From Lytechinus pictus (Eukaryota), in NCBI RefSeq assembly GCF_037042905.1, contig NC_087247.1, positions 67,456,001-67,520,000 of the forward strand: a stretch of 64,000 nucleotides of DNA, in the 5' to 3' direction. The notes under the pieces are model-generated. The model saw nothing but the letters and a program-made list of their open reading frames with translations. It was not told the origin of the DNA and ran no database searches. The position numbers and the translations under genes were made by a program. This document shows, piece after piece, positions 39,316-51,600 of this stretch; positions within the stretch are counted from its first letter, which is position 1, and each line of letters opens with the position of its first letter.

Positions 39316-40229
39316 TGTGTCAATTTTGTCGTTCAAAATCATCAAATTGGGAATACTTGTTCAACCCTTCAAAAAATATATTTCCGTCAAAATATGAAAT
39401 GTTTATATAATAGTCTCTGTTGCTCTGTCCTTTGGTTCATAATTCAACATGAGTTGTGCGCTTTAAAACTAAAATAGAATGAAATATTCAAAGATTGTTG
39501 GAAAAATGTAAGAAAGAAAGCTGAAATGGAGCAGCATGAAGTGCAGAAAGGTGGAGATAAGCCAAGTGTAAAAAGGCGTAAGATGAGAGGATTGGGTGAT
39601 TCTAGGGAAGTTCAGAGATGAAATCATAATTCAATAGTGGAGGTCGACAGAGATTCAGTTTGAAATTGAGGCGTAATTCAATCAGTGGCCTAAAATTTGG
39701 GATATAAGATTACTTCTTTAGTGTTGCCTAGCACTGGAGGTGTAAAGGTGATAAGGCAGTTTATTGACTTCCTCAACATTTTAGTGGTTTATGATTGCAG
39801 AGAGAAGTTAATGCAACTGAAATGAATGTTTCCTATGGTGACAATTCATATATATCTGAACTGTGGTTGTAGCCAGACATATTGGCGTTTCCTGGGATCT
39901 ATGAATGCACTGAATGTACACTCAGTATGACTAAAGAATGTGGAGGGAATTTTTTTAAACAGTATTTAAATAGAAGGTACATGTTATTATTTTAAGATGG
40001 GATAGAATTATCAATGTCACTTGCAAAACCAGCAAAATCTTACCAGAGTTTTTTTTTTTTAATGACCCTTTATCATAGACTTTATGATGCCCAGTTATGT
40101 CTTCATGTGACATTTATACTTTTATCATTTTCTTGTTAATAAGTTGAAGGTTTTGCATAAGTTTTATGTTCTAGGATTCATTTGAAAAATTACACAAATG
40201 TTTTAATGTTTGATATTTTGTTATTTCAG

Positions 40230-40443
40230 TACATGGTGATATGATGGGTAGTGGACTAGACAACGGCCTAAAATCAAGTACCAATACCAAGAAGAAGACC
40301 AAATCAGATGAGAGTAAAACGAAAGGAGGTGGAGGAGGAGGATTGATGCTGGATAATGATAGAGATGATGTCTCGGGTGGAGGTGCTCCCAGTTCTAAAA
40401 AAGGAGATGCTAATAATGCTCCTAAAAACAAGAAGAGGTTCAA
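40230..40443 (+). CDS. TCF12: E-protein exon (V)HGDMMGSG...KKKTK...PKNKKRF, Lys/Gly-rich with NLS-like basic clusters
   Basis: atttcag| acceptor and AA|gtaggt donor, 214 nt, phase 1-2. Overlaps ORF 40241..40447. Confidence 0.88.
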
Positions 40444-41803
40444 GTAGGTCTAATATGACTTTAATATTATTATCCCTTAATTCTAAGTCACTGTTTACTT
40501 CACCCTTATTTCAGAAAAGATATGTAAATGAAAAATCAGAAATCTATTTCGTCAGTCCTGAAAATATGCATTTTTAGCTTCTTAGTATGTATGCTTGCTC
40601 TTTATTTTTATTGATCCTTGTATGTCACACCTTAAAAATATCGAACCGGGGAAAATGTCATGTTCATAAAACTGCAAGTCAGTTGAAGTCGTTTTCTCTC
40701 ACCTACAAGAAGGGAATGACTTTCGTTGCAGGAATATGATCTTGTAGATAGGATTATACCCAATCTTCACTAAGCATGACTGTTCAAAATTCAAACATTA
40801 ATGTGTTCATCTACTCACTGAAAATGATGAGAGGAGGAAAAAATGTGTGATTGGACCTGTCACCGCCAGCTTAAAGTTTTGACACTGTGCTTGGAGATCA
40901 GGTATCGGATGTAATTGAACACCTAGAATGACACAAGACTATGATAGTCATTCCTGTCTTAACTCGCATCCTCTTAATATATCAAGTTCAATGATACAAA
41001 AAAAAGACTTCCATCTAAGGAGAGTCAGATATCTATTTTATTAGACCTGTAGCATTTTTAATTTCTGATATGTGTAATCATACATATTTTGAAAGGGCAC
41101 TGTTGGGTAAAATCTCAGACAATTTCCACAAAAACTCATGTCAGATACAAATACGATGATAGGCAAGGATAGTGTCAAGGGAGTTATAGTTTAACAGGTT
41201 TGTAGGCATTCGTGTCATCAACTGACAACCCCCTTGTAGATAATCCCATCTGATTACCCCGTTATTGCCCCTCTTAATCCCTTAGCTTCCTCTAATGAGA
41301 CAGAGATGACAGGAAGTCTACTGGATTATGGGTTCTTCTCCTTACCTTAATCCAAGTCCCCCTAAGGTTGCTGTAGAAACTCTCTACTTGTGTGTGGGTT
41401 GTAAGGGATCAAGCAATTGCCGAGCAGGCTACATAAATCAATTAGAAGACTACAAACTTAATATTTGTAAAGCCTAAGTCATTTTTAGATTAATAACTAA
41501 TAAACAGTAAACCGTTTGACCTTTTTGAAATGATTTCTTTTGAAATAAGGATGCAGATACATTTTTCCATTCAATGAAACAATAGTCGGCTTGTTTACTG
41601 AGTATTAATGTTTGAGCATGAAATTGATTGTGTATGATTTGATTTTGTCAAGTATGATATATAGCATGCTGGGTTGTGTAATCAGTCAGTTTTCATGTGA
41701 ATTATGTGAATTATAATTATTTGTTTTAATCTGATTTATTTGATTGGGAAGGTGGATAAGATGTAACTAACACCATGCCCTCGCTTTATCTCATCCAATT
41801 CAG

Positions 41804-41893
41804 AAATGATTCAAGAAGTGGTGGTGGTGGTGGTGGTGCAGGGCCACAGCAGGGAGGCAAAAGTCTTATGATCCTCAATCCTGGATCACCAGA
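41804..41893 (+). CDS. TCF12: Symmetric (probably cassette) exon (K)NDSRSGGGGGGAGPQQGGKSLMILNPGSP
   Basis: Branch-point-like taactaac near 41764, attcag| acceptor and GA|gttagt donor. 90 nt, phase 2-2, open in the gene's frame, with a (GGT)6 run. Confidence 0.72.
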
Positions 41894-43663
41894 GTTAGTT
41901 ATTTTACTTTTTTCACCTAACACTTTGTCAGAGCTTTCCTGACATAACACCATATAATATCAAAGCATGAACTCAAAGAGATTTATTCAGGACTCAATCA
42001 ATTCAGCCTTTGACGTGCTGTGTAAGATAGACTTAATCCCACTGATTATATCATTAATCATTTTCTCTGAATCATGTTTCAACCAACCTAGTAAAAATAA
42101 TTGGTATTCCTCAGGGGACAACAAAAAAATTGCATTAGTAGTTCATGTTATTTAAGATGAATATTTTTTCATTTGACTGTAAATCTGTAAATTGTAGTGT
42201 AGGATTTATTTTATATTGGCCAAAAGGGAAAAAATGCCTATTCCAAATGGATGCAGTTTTGCAAACTGGAACCACCAATATGTGAATTTGTCTAAGAAAT
42301 TAATGACCTAAAAGGAGAAAGAGGAAGGAAGAGATGGAATAAAGATAGGACTTGTGTGAAGGTAGTTGTACTAGTTGACCTGGTAATGAAGGTTCATTGT
42401 ATTAGTTTTCCATCACTGTCAAAGGCTGATTTGTACATTAAAACAGAGCCATTGGCAAATAAGATCTATATCTTCTTCCACTTTTATCAATGACATGTGA
42501 TTGTTACATTAATACCCAAATTTAATGAGATGAACATAATGAGCAATCGTTTTTTCATGCAAGATTTTTGCCCACCCTGGACTGTTGCTAATGAAAATGG
42601 CATATAGAAATAAGTTAGTCTTGAAAATACATCAGGATATTAGCTACATGCATCATCTGTATGTGGTCGGCCCTTACTTTTCAGCTAATTGAGTCATTAT
42701 TTGCTCTATATTTTAAAAAGCTTGGGCATGATGTAGAAATACAAATTAGCTACTCTAATTTGGGGATCTGACTTGCATTTTAGCTCTTCTCTCCCTGTAA
42801 AAGTATGGCTCTATTATGCAAATATTATTAGGGCTTTAGTTCTTTGTTTTAATTGTTTTTTCAATGATGGTTTGATATAGTTAAGTTTGAAAGTATCAAT
42901 GAAGTTTATTTACAGTCCCCATTGATTTGATAGTTAATTTGTATGGATTAAAGTAAGCACTGATATTCGGTTATGTGAGGCCATTTTCTTTTTTTTTAAT
43001 CCTTAATATGAGGAGTAAGACAATTACCTCTTTTTTAAATATTTCTCTACATTATTTTAATGCTGTTAAGAGTCGAAAAACAGAAATAAAATTCTATTAT
43101 TTATTATTATTTGTAATGATTTATTGTGTAATGGTTCTTTTGTCATGTTATCTACTGAGCAATATTGTTCATTGTAAACTTATTGGTAGTATCATCCAAG
43201 ACACTAAGAAAGGAATTGTGATCGCATGACTAGTAGATATGAAATAATTGAAGGGTGTAGGGTAGAACAATAATAAGGTCTGTATGTTTATTTAGATAAG
43301 CTTTATATTGATTTAGAGCTTGATACAAAGCATGCACTAATATCTTAGATGAAATGCTCAAATTTCCATGTCTTTGTATGTGTTATGTTTGTGAAAATCA
43401 GTCTACAAATGGGGAGAACAATTGATTTTTGTACATTATAGTGAAGCATTATAAACATTATAAAAAGATATGCTGTTGCTGAATGATTTTTGCAGCTTCA
43501 CATCAGAGAACAAAGCATAGCACAAATGTATTGCAGAGCGTTTATATAAGGGGCAATGAAAAAGACAAGATTTTAAAATCATTTTTTTTCATTTATTTTT
43601 TTTTCTTTTGATGTGGTAACCTTTTATTTTATTTAAGATTTATGAATGTTATAAAACCTTAAT

Positions 43664-44179
43664 ATGCTTTTCACACTGCATTTCCTTAACCCCATACTAT
43701 CCTAAACTCTGGACTATCCTTAACCCCGTACTATCTTTTTTCATTCACACTGTCTTTCTTAACCCCATGCTATTTGCTTAGCCGGGGTTAACACCTTAAC
43801 CCAGGACTATCATACAGCTCATGAATATTGATGATTTTACCATACAGAGTGCGATTAACGTGCAATATCAACTTCTGTGATTGGTAATGCTTAGCCCCAC
43901 TTTCCTTAGCCCAGTTTCGTTTCACACTGCATCTCTAAGCACCGCAATTGTGGTGCTAGCACCACAATAAGCTGGCTTAGCCTGCTTTTTTGCAAGGCCA
44001 GATAGTAACATACTATTTATTGTGCCAGCCCACTTTGCTAAAACGTAGTGTGAAAAACTAAATGGGCTAAGCTTAACCCCTGGAAATTGGTGGGGCTAAG
44101 ACCACCTCCCCCCCCCCCTTCCCCCTTAGCCCACCAATTTCCTGGGGTTAATGAACAAAAATTGAAGTGTGAAAAGCAT
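43664..44179. mobile_element. PIF/Harbinger-like MITE ending 78 bp upstream of the bHLH exon
   Basis: AAT|atgcttttcacact ... agtgtgaaaagcat|AAT, with internal cttaacccc repeats. Confidence 0.8.
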
Positions 44180-44257
44180 AATAGTATTATTGTCATTGTG
44201 ATTTTAGTGATGAAAGGAGAAAAGTTTATGTGGAATGTTTTATTTCCATTTTTTCAG

Positions 44258-44490
44258 CAGTGAGTCAGATGATGAAGGGTTGTCACCGGAGCAAAAGCAG
44301 GTAAAAGAGAAAGAGCGCCGCCATGCCAATAATGCAAGGGAGCGTATCCGTGTAAGGGACATCAATGAAGCATTCAAAGAACTTGGTAGAATGTGTCAGT
44401 TACACCTCAAACAGGACAAGGCACAAACTAAGCTTACCATACTACATTCAGCAGTCTCAGTCATTACTACATTGGAGCACCAAGTTAGAG
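44258..44490 (+). CDS. TCF12: E-protein bHLH exon [77 protein letters not shown]
   Basis: Unmistakable class I bHLH signature ([25 protein letters not shown]...QTKL.IL). Tandem acceptor ttttcagcag and G|gtaata donor, phase 2-1. Confidence 0.98.
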
Positions 44491-45343
44491 GTAATAACTA
44501 TCATTCACTTTTCCATAATTCTACTTAGTAACTTTTTAAGGAAGTGAAACATGGAGTCTCTGACTCTAGAAAAGCATGTTGTTTTTAAATAAATACGAAG
44601 AATAATGAATATCCCGTAGACTCTCATTTTTATTAATGAGAAGCTCTTCACTCTTAGTTCAATTTGACCCCCCCTTCCCCCATGAAATTTTGTGACCCCC
44701 CCCCCCCCTCCGCAGAAACTTTTTGACTGCATCGCTTGTTGACTTTTTATTTAAGCCTTGCAGGTCAAAGCAAATGTGTATTCAACTATAGATGATAAAT
44801 GTTGATTAATTTTTTTATTTAACTGGGTATATGGATTTATAGTTTATGGTGATTATGATTGCAAAAGGGTCCCAGACACAACGTTCATCAGAAAGAAAAA
44901 AAAAGAAAGACATAAGTAATTGACACAACAATAAATCACATAAAAAGTTAATTCTCATTCACTTTTTTTTTTTTAGATGATTGATTAAAATGCTAAGATA
45001 AAAACTTCCACCTAAAATTAGCATTTCCCTAGCTATTTTAAGTGAGTTAAGGTAAAAAGCTTATTTCATATTTGCATAATTAGTAAATACCCAGTCTGAA
45101 AAAGCCCAGTTAAAATAGGGTTAAAAGAATTGGAGTGCATGGAAATTTGATATGAGCTGAATCTTGTTTTGATTAGGAACATTTAGGCAAAGCGTTTAGG
45201 AATAAGAAACATACATGTACTTTGGATGGAAAATAAGATTTGTTGAATATGCTAGCTTTTTGCTTGGAATTATCTGTAAATTTTGAATTCTGAGTATAAT
45301 CATTGATAATCAAACGGTTGGTATGATCTATGTTTGCTGACAG

Positions 45344-45478
45344 AACGTAACCTGAACCCCAAAGCAGCGTGCCTTAAGCGGCGAGAAGAAGAAAAAGTAG
45401 AAGAAATGCCAAACAGAGGGTCACTTGGAGGACCAGGTCCTGGTTCGGATCCCTTAGTCTCACAGTCTGGACTTGCAG
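45344..45478 (+). CDS. TCF12: E-protein C-domain exon (E)[25 protein letters not shown]...SGLA
   Basis: ctgacag| acceptor. [19 protein letters not shown] is the conserved post-bHLH motif. Donors are possible after 45478 or after 45482. Confidence 0.96.
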
Positions 45479-46849
45479 GTAGGTAAGTCTTTGTTTCTCT
45501 CAGAACACCTTCTTGCATTCATCTAGCAAGTTGGCTCTGATGTTTGAAATGAGACTAGTGGTCAGCATTATTTGTTGCATAGGATGTACTTGCAGAGTTT
45601 CTTGTATTGTCTTCTCTTGTGTGGGTCAAGTAGGACCCCCTTTTCCATTTCATCTTGATCTACCAGTATTAAGAATAGTATTTAGAGGTATAGTCGGTGT
45701 TGAGGTACGGAGGAGATACAAGAAGCAAGTAAAAATACATGCAATTGTTTTTTTCCCTTGAAATTGAGCACACTGTTGCGGCTTGAGGTACAGGATATGT
45801 TCTGTCACTTTGAATCTTTATATGGCCTTTTCTAGATTTGGCTCTTACATCTATATGATGTTCAGGGTAATAAACCCAATTTCAATTTGGTTCCACATAT
45901 ATTTCTGACCTGGCTTTAGTACATGGAAGTGACAAGTTACAGGAAGAAATCATTTAAATCTTAACCTGATGAAAAACAGCTCTGTAGCATGATGTGTCTT
46001 TGTCTGGAAGCTCAGGGTGAAACTCAGGCTAGAAACCCAACATCTTAGTGGTGATTGTAAAGGCTGATTATGCCAGGACCAATAAACCCTAAGCCTGCTA
46101 CACCAAGTCATTACTGAAAGAGACTTGTCAGGAAACAACGCCCCTTGAATTTGGTTCCAATTGCCCCTCGTCAATTCCCGGGAGGTGTGCAGACGAGAGC
46201 CGCTGTGACTGGGCGAGGAACGCATAACCCCAAAGACCTACCCACGAAAAGTGCTGTTTAATCGCAAGTGGGGAGACCAAGATTTGATCCTCATCCTGTT
46301 TTGAAGGGCATTTTGTTTTCTGCTCGTAATATTTTAGCTGAAGAAACTAATCAAGTAATATCGGTTATCATAGTGTTAAATTGATGCCTTTCCTGTAGAG
46401 GCCCATATTTTGATCCTAAGAGGATTATCTAGTTGTCAATATTTGGGAGCGGAGTGACAACCCAAATCAGATGTTAGCTAGTTTTCTAGTTAGTATATAT
46501 GCCCCCCAGTTGTGAAATCCAACACCATAACCTCAAACTTGTTGGCTGAGAAAAAATGGAAGTTAATATGTGTTAGTTTTGCCTGTTTTTGATGGCTTAT
46601 CATTATTGGCTTGTGGTGTGGTCTTATGGCATGGGTTATTGAGTTAGGTGTCATTCAAATCAAAGCCTGCATTATTAGAATATTCATTCAGGCTTTTATC
46701 TCTCTCAGATTTTAAACAATTTTTTGCCCTTTTCAATCAAATGGTAAAAATTTATCTAGGATGCAGGAGCATCTTATTCATGATATATGATATTGGTATA
46801 TACATTTGAATAAACATAGAATTCAATGATGTTTGTGACATTCATCACA

Positions 46850-47380
46850 GAAAAATGTTAGTTTTAATTAATAGAGAAAAATCAAACAAGCATAACGCTG
46901 AAAATTTCATCAAAATCTGAGTTCAAAGTTTTGCTTATTTTTCACAAAACAGTTTATGCACAACATGCAAATGAGAGAGTTGATGTCACTCACTCAATAT
47001 TTCTTCTTTTTTTTATTGTTTGAATTATACAATATTTCAATTTTTACAATAAGGACCAACTTGACTGAACCATAAAATGTTATAACGATGGTAATACCAC
47101 ATGTTCAGGGAGGAATAAAACTTTGTTTCATAGGAGGACAAGGTAAAATTTGAATATTTCATGTAATAAAATACAAAAGAAATAGTGAGTGATGTCATCA
47201 GTCCACTCTTTAGCATACCAACCAGGATGTGAATAAAACTGTTCAATGAAATTAAGTGAAATTTTAAAATGCCATAATTTTCTTATTTTACATTCGATTT
47301 AGATGAACTTTTCAGTGTTATAATTGTTGGATTTTTCTCTTTTTATTTAAGTCAACTTTTTGTTGGGTAGGACTTGTCCT
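46850..47380 (-). mobile_element. TTAA-flanked MITE, same family and orientation as B2, left end decayed
   Basis: aatagagaaaaatcaaacaagcataacgctgaaaatttcatc ... ggacttgtcct|TTAA. Confidence 0.78.
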
Positions 47381-48241
47381 TTAATTTGAAAATGAAGTGC
47401 AAGGGCCGACATTGTATTTGAATACCATTTTGCTCATTTTATTCAAAATCATTTAAATCAATAATTTTATTTATCTATCTATCCATCTATTTATTTTTAT
47501 TTTTTTAATTTCTTTCTTTTTTTTCTCTTTTTTTTGGGGGGGGGGGGAGCTTTAGTGACCCCTGCTCCTCTTCTTTAAGAAAACAAACATGTTTTCCCAA
47601 ATTGATTCAGTTCCTCATACCATTTTTACACTATTATTGTATACATTTTATGTGAAGCATTGATGGAAAATTCATAAGATATCAACTTTGAAAATTTATT
47701 ATACCATGTTTTCCCAACTTATTTTGTAAGTGGGTATTGTGTCATAAGCCGGTCTGAATAAAGAGATATTTGGTGGACAAAATCTGAATTAATTACACAA
47801 TATAGAGTAACCCAGGTTTTTCAGTGTGTATTCTTTGGGCATATGAGGCATAACTGAATGGAAGCATTCTATATGATTGGATCGTTAACAGTGATCACTG
47901 TGGTTAGGTCACTGTGGTTAGGTATGAATTTGTTTTAAATGTGTAGTAGAACTGTTAGAACTCACAGGACAAACAATGTGGGACGAGAGGGATGACAATT
48001 AAAGAGAGGGGTCTTGTTAATGCCTCCAACCTGAGCATTATTCTATTTATGAGTAATTCTATGTGAGAAAAATGATTTCCTCACTTTATTCAAACAGATA
48101 GCACTGGGAAATACCCAAATCCTAGAATAAAAATAACCATGCAATTCTAGGTACAATGAATTACAGGTTGACTATATCTAATTTATATTTTCTTATTTAG
48201 TAAAGTTCATCTCTTGATCTTGTTTTTTATGTCCAATATAG

Positions 48242-48537
48242 GCAATAACCTCCATGGTCGTGGAATGCAATCATGTCTGGGGCAGACATCAGGTGCACCA
48301 ACAGGCTACGCCAGCCATCTTTATGACAACTCCATGTCCCATGGTGGCCCACATCAGACAAGTTTGGGATCGATGGGAGGGGGACATATGTCAGCCATGG
48401 ACCTTAACCCTTCGCCATCATCCATGGGAGGTGGAGATCACATATCTAAGAGTGCTTTGTCACACCTATCACACTCATCTGCTCAACCATTAGAGCCACT
48501 CACGCCAGAGGAAAATGACAGTATTGCTGTACAGTAA
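48242..48537 (+). CDS. TCF12: Terminal coding exon (G)NNLHGRGMQ...PLEPLTPEENDSIAVQ*
   Basis: Acceptor ...ttttttatgtccaatatag| in phase 1 with the 45478 donor. Open S/G/H/M-rich frame to TAA at 48535-48537. Exons 11172-48537 sum to 1404 nt (468 codons). Confidence 0.8.
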
Positions 48538-48613
48538 CACTCACTTGTTTGTTAGTCTACCGTTACAGACCTTGACGGGTGGAGTATCACTCTTTATCTC
48601 TTACTGTGACTTG

Positions 48614-48619
48614 AATAAA
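48614..48619 (+). promoter_or_regulatory. Proximal AATAAA polyadenylation signal candidate for the E-protein gene
   Basis: First AATAAA, 76 nt after the stop. Further AATAAA hexamers lie downstream (e.g. near 51238, 52058, 52806), so the 3' UTR could be several kb long. Confidence 0.35.
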
Positions 48620-51600
48620 GTGAGTTCACTCTAACATAGGATTCATGGAAGCAGTACAATATCAAGACCAAGTAGTTCTCTTTCAGACTGCCAATAACTT
48701 TCACTGACTTTATGATCATGATGTCCTTGAAGTGGGTCTGTACCAGTAGACTACATCTGTGTATTGCAGCCGTGCAGCTTTATCTTCTAAAGTCTATTGA
48801 TTATATATGCCTGTAATGTACATTGATGAAGTCATAAACTTGATTGGAAAACACCTCTTCTATATTTGTGAAGGAGAGGATTTTTGTATGAGAAATTTGT
48901 TTTCCCCCGTCTCTCATTGTCATTGTAAAGCTTGATGAGAAAGGAAGTTACAATTGTAATGTTGTGTTTCACATCTGTGAAACCTTGTTTAAGAGATGCT
49001 ATTGGGTAGTGCAGATAATATGGTGAAGGTACTAAGTTTTTTGGATGAAGACATAACAGGACACCTTTATTTTCAGATGTTTTTTTTTTTAAATGCCCAG
49101 AATCATGTGTGCAGATATCATTTGATAGTATTTGGGTTTCTTCTTTTTGTTCTCTTGTATGTTTCATAATAGGAGTACATTTGTTATCATACCTTGTTAT
49201 TCACTGTGTAAAGTTGTAAAAAGTTTCCAGGAAAAAAAAAAGAAGAAAAAAAAAGACAAGGTGTAGTGACGACAGATTTATTTCTGCATCCAGTTTTATC
49301 TGGGTCAGCTGTATAATTATTTTGTATAATAATATTTTATTTCTTTCTATGTCTGGGTAATCGAATTTGTTATATTAAATGTTTCACTGCACAATAGTAG
49401 CCACTTTAACCCCCTTCAGTTCCCCATTGATATGTTTCGGTGCTCATTATTTGTTTTATTCTTTGCCAAGTCTTGATGTACTATCAACTATTTCTTTCTC
49501 ATGAGGGTATGTATTGTCATTTTTTTTTCTTTTACCATTTGTAATCTGTAGGTCAGCCTTGCTATGTCTTTATTCATGTGGACTTTTTAATAATCTTGTT
49601 CAACAGACGGTGCAATCTTGTCAACACATGGTTTTTAACTTTTCCTGAAAAAACTTGTTGATAAATAATGTTGCTATCCTGAGAGTGTTAATCTTCCTCC
49701 CTGCCCATGGATTCATATTAACTGCCATAGCTCTCATGCTGCTTTCATTTTAAGTCGAAATTTCTCCCCGTTTGGCTGCCAAATCGAATAATGCTTACAT
49801 TGGATAGCAACTCACTCAGATAATGAGATTCAGTGATTCTCAGGTTGTTAATGGTCACAATTACATTTGGCACATCATATTCACATCAATAATATGACTG
49901 GTCACATGATTGATTAAAAAGAAATAGCAAGACAAAACATTCAGTTGAAAGATTAGAGAGTAAATAGTAAGAAACTCATAAATAGTGATTCGACTTGACA
50001 TTTCAGGTTGAGAATATTGACAAAAATACTTTTTGAAAAATAAGGTTTGGAGAAAAATGAAATTGCCATCACCTTGATGTTTGGTTTCCACTAAATTGGA
50101 CCAACCTCGTTAATGTATGATGACAATTCAACATTGGCATTAGACAAGAAAAAGGGTCAATAAACCATTGGAAACCAGGTAAAATAATCTTGGAAACCAG
50201 GTAAAATAATTTAAAGACTTTTGATTGACTACATTATTTGTAATTTGTAATGTTATGGCATCAAACATAAGATGCAGTGAAAATTAAAGAGAGAAAACAA
50301 ATACAAAGGGTATGAATGTTATAAAGATTATTGAATAACATGGTTTTAGTGAGATTTTAATATTTATTAATCAAAACAGTTCATTCTTTCATGTGTAATC
50401 ATTTGCCTTGCAAATTTTATTCCACTGACCATAATTTATCAATTTTTATTTCCATAATTCCAAGATATGGTTGTCTATATTGGAATATATGAAGAGGGAT
50501 ATCTCTATTTTACATCACCTTTTAAAAATTGTGTGTTATTTTTGTTCCAGTTTGTATTATGGAGTAATGACTGAATTTTTCTCCCAATTTCCAATGTTAA
50601 AAATTTGGTTGTCATATCAGGAGAAAGTTTATATCAGGGTTTTACCCGTTTCTCAGTATTCTAAACAAATATGTGATTGTATTTAATATAAGAATGGTTT
50701 GAATATCTGAAAATACCAATGAACTCTTCTGAAGACACCAATATTACCATGAAAAGTAAAAATTAATGTCCCTTACTTTTCAGTTTTATTTTGCTGTTCT
50801 GAGGTGCCAGAAGCATTCTTACCTTTAGCAGTTATTCATAATTTTGTTTGGCACAAGCCACCTAGGTCATTAATGATTGAATTTATGACAAATTAAAGCT
50901 AATGGTCCGATCAATTGAGAATTTTTCTTTGCCATGCTTTTCAATTTTAATTTATCAATTAATAATCAAGATTTGCAATTTGTCTCAATTTTGAAACCAT
51001 CATCTCATGAAATTGACAAATCACATTCCATATGATATGTCCATGCATTAAATGATTTCAATTGTTTTTTATTCTTGGTAGAAAAGGAAAATAAAAGTGC
51101 ATATTTATATTATAGTTCATAATTGTTATATTGATTAAGTGTATTGTGACAATATACTTCCTTACTGAATTTTACTTATAGTTTGGATAAGCCTGATAGT
51201 ATTATAATTGTACAGATATGTATTTCTTTGAGCGGTAAATAAACAATCCAGTATTCTTAATCTCAAGGATCCATCACATCTGTGCTCCTCTTTCTCCCTT
51301 TTTTTGTGTATTTATTCTTATTTATTTATATTGATTTTATTTTATTTATTTGTTTTTTATTTTTTGCTGCAAAGGTGAGAGGGTAAATGAATCTTCAGTA
51401 GATATTAGCTACATTGATACATTGTAGAATTTTGCATGATTTTTTTCTACAATGCTTGTATATGTATTACAACTGTAAATGTTGTAGATTATTGTTTCAT
51501 TTAGTTGATTAATGACTTAATGATGAAAAAGTATTTTCTGTCTCCCTGTTTCATGACAAGGGAGATAGGGAAATAATGAAAGAGGAGGCAGAAGAAAATT

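Noticed and set aside
41900-45340. Duplicated, mutually exclusive bHLH exon of the E12/E47 type
   Set aside because: Only one bHLH-coding exon (44258-44490) is visible; no second ANNARER-like block was found.
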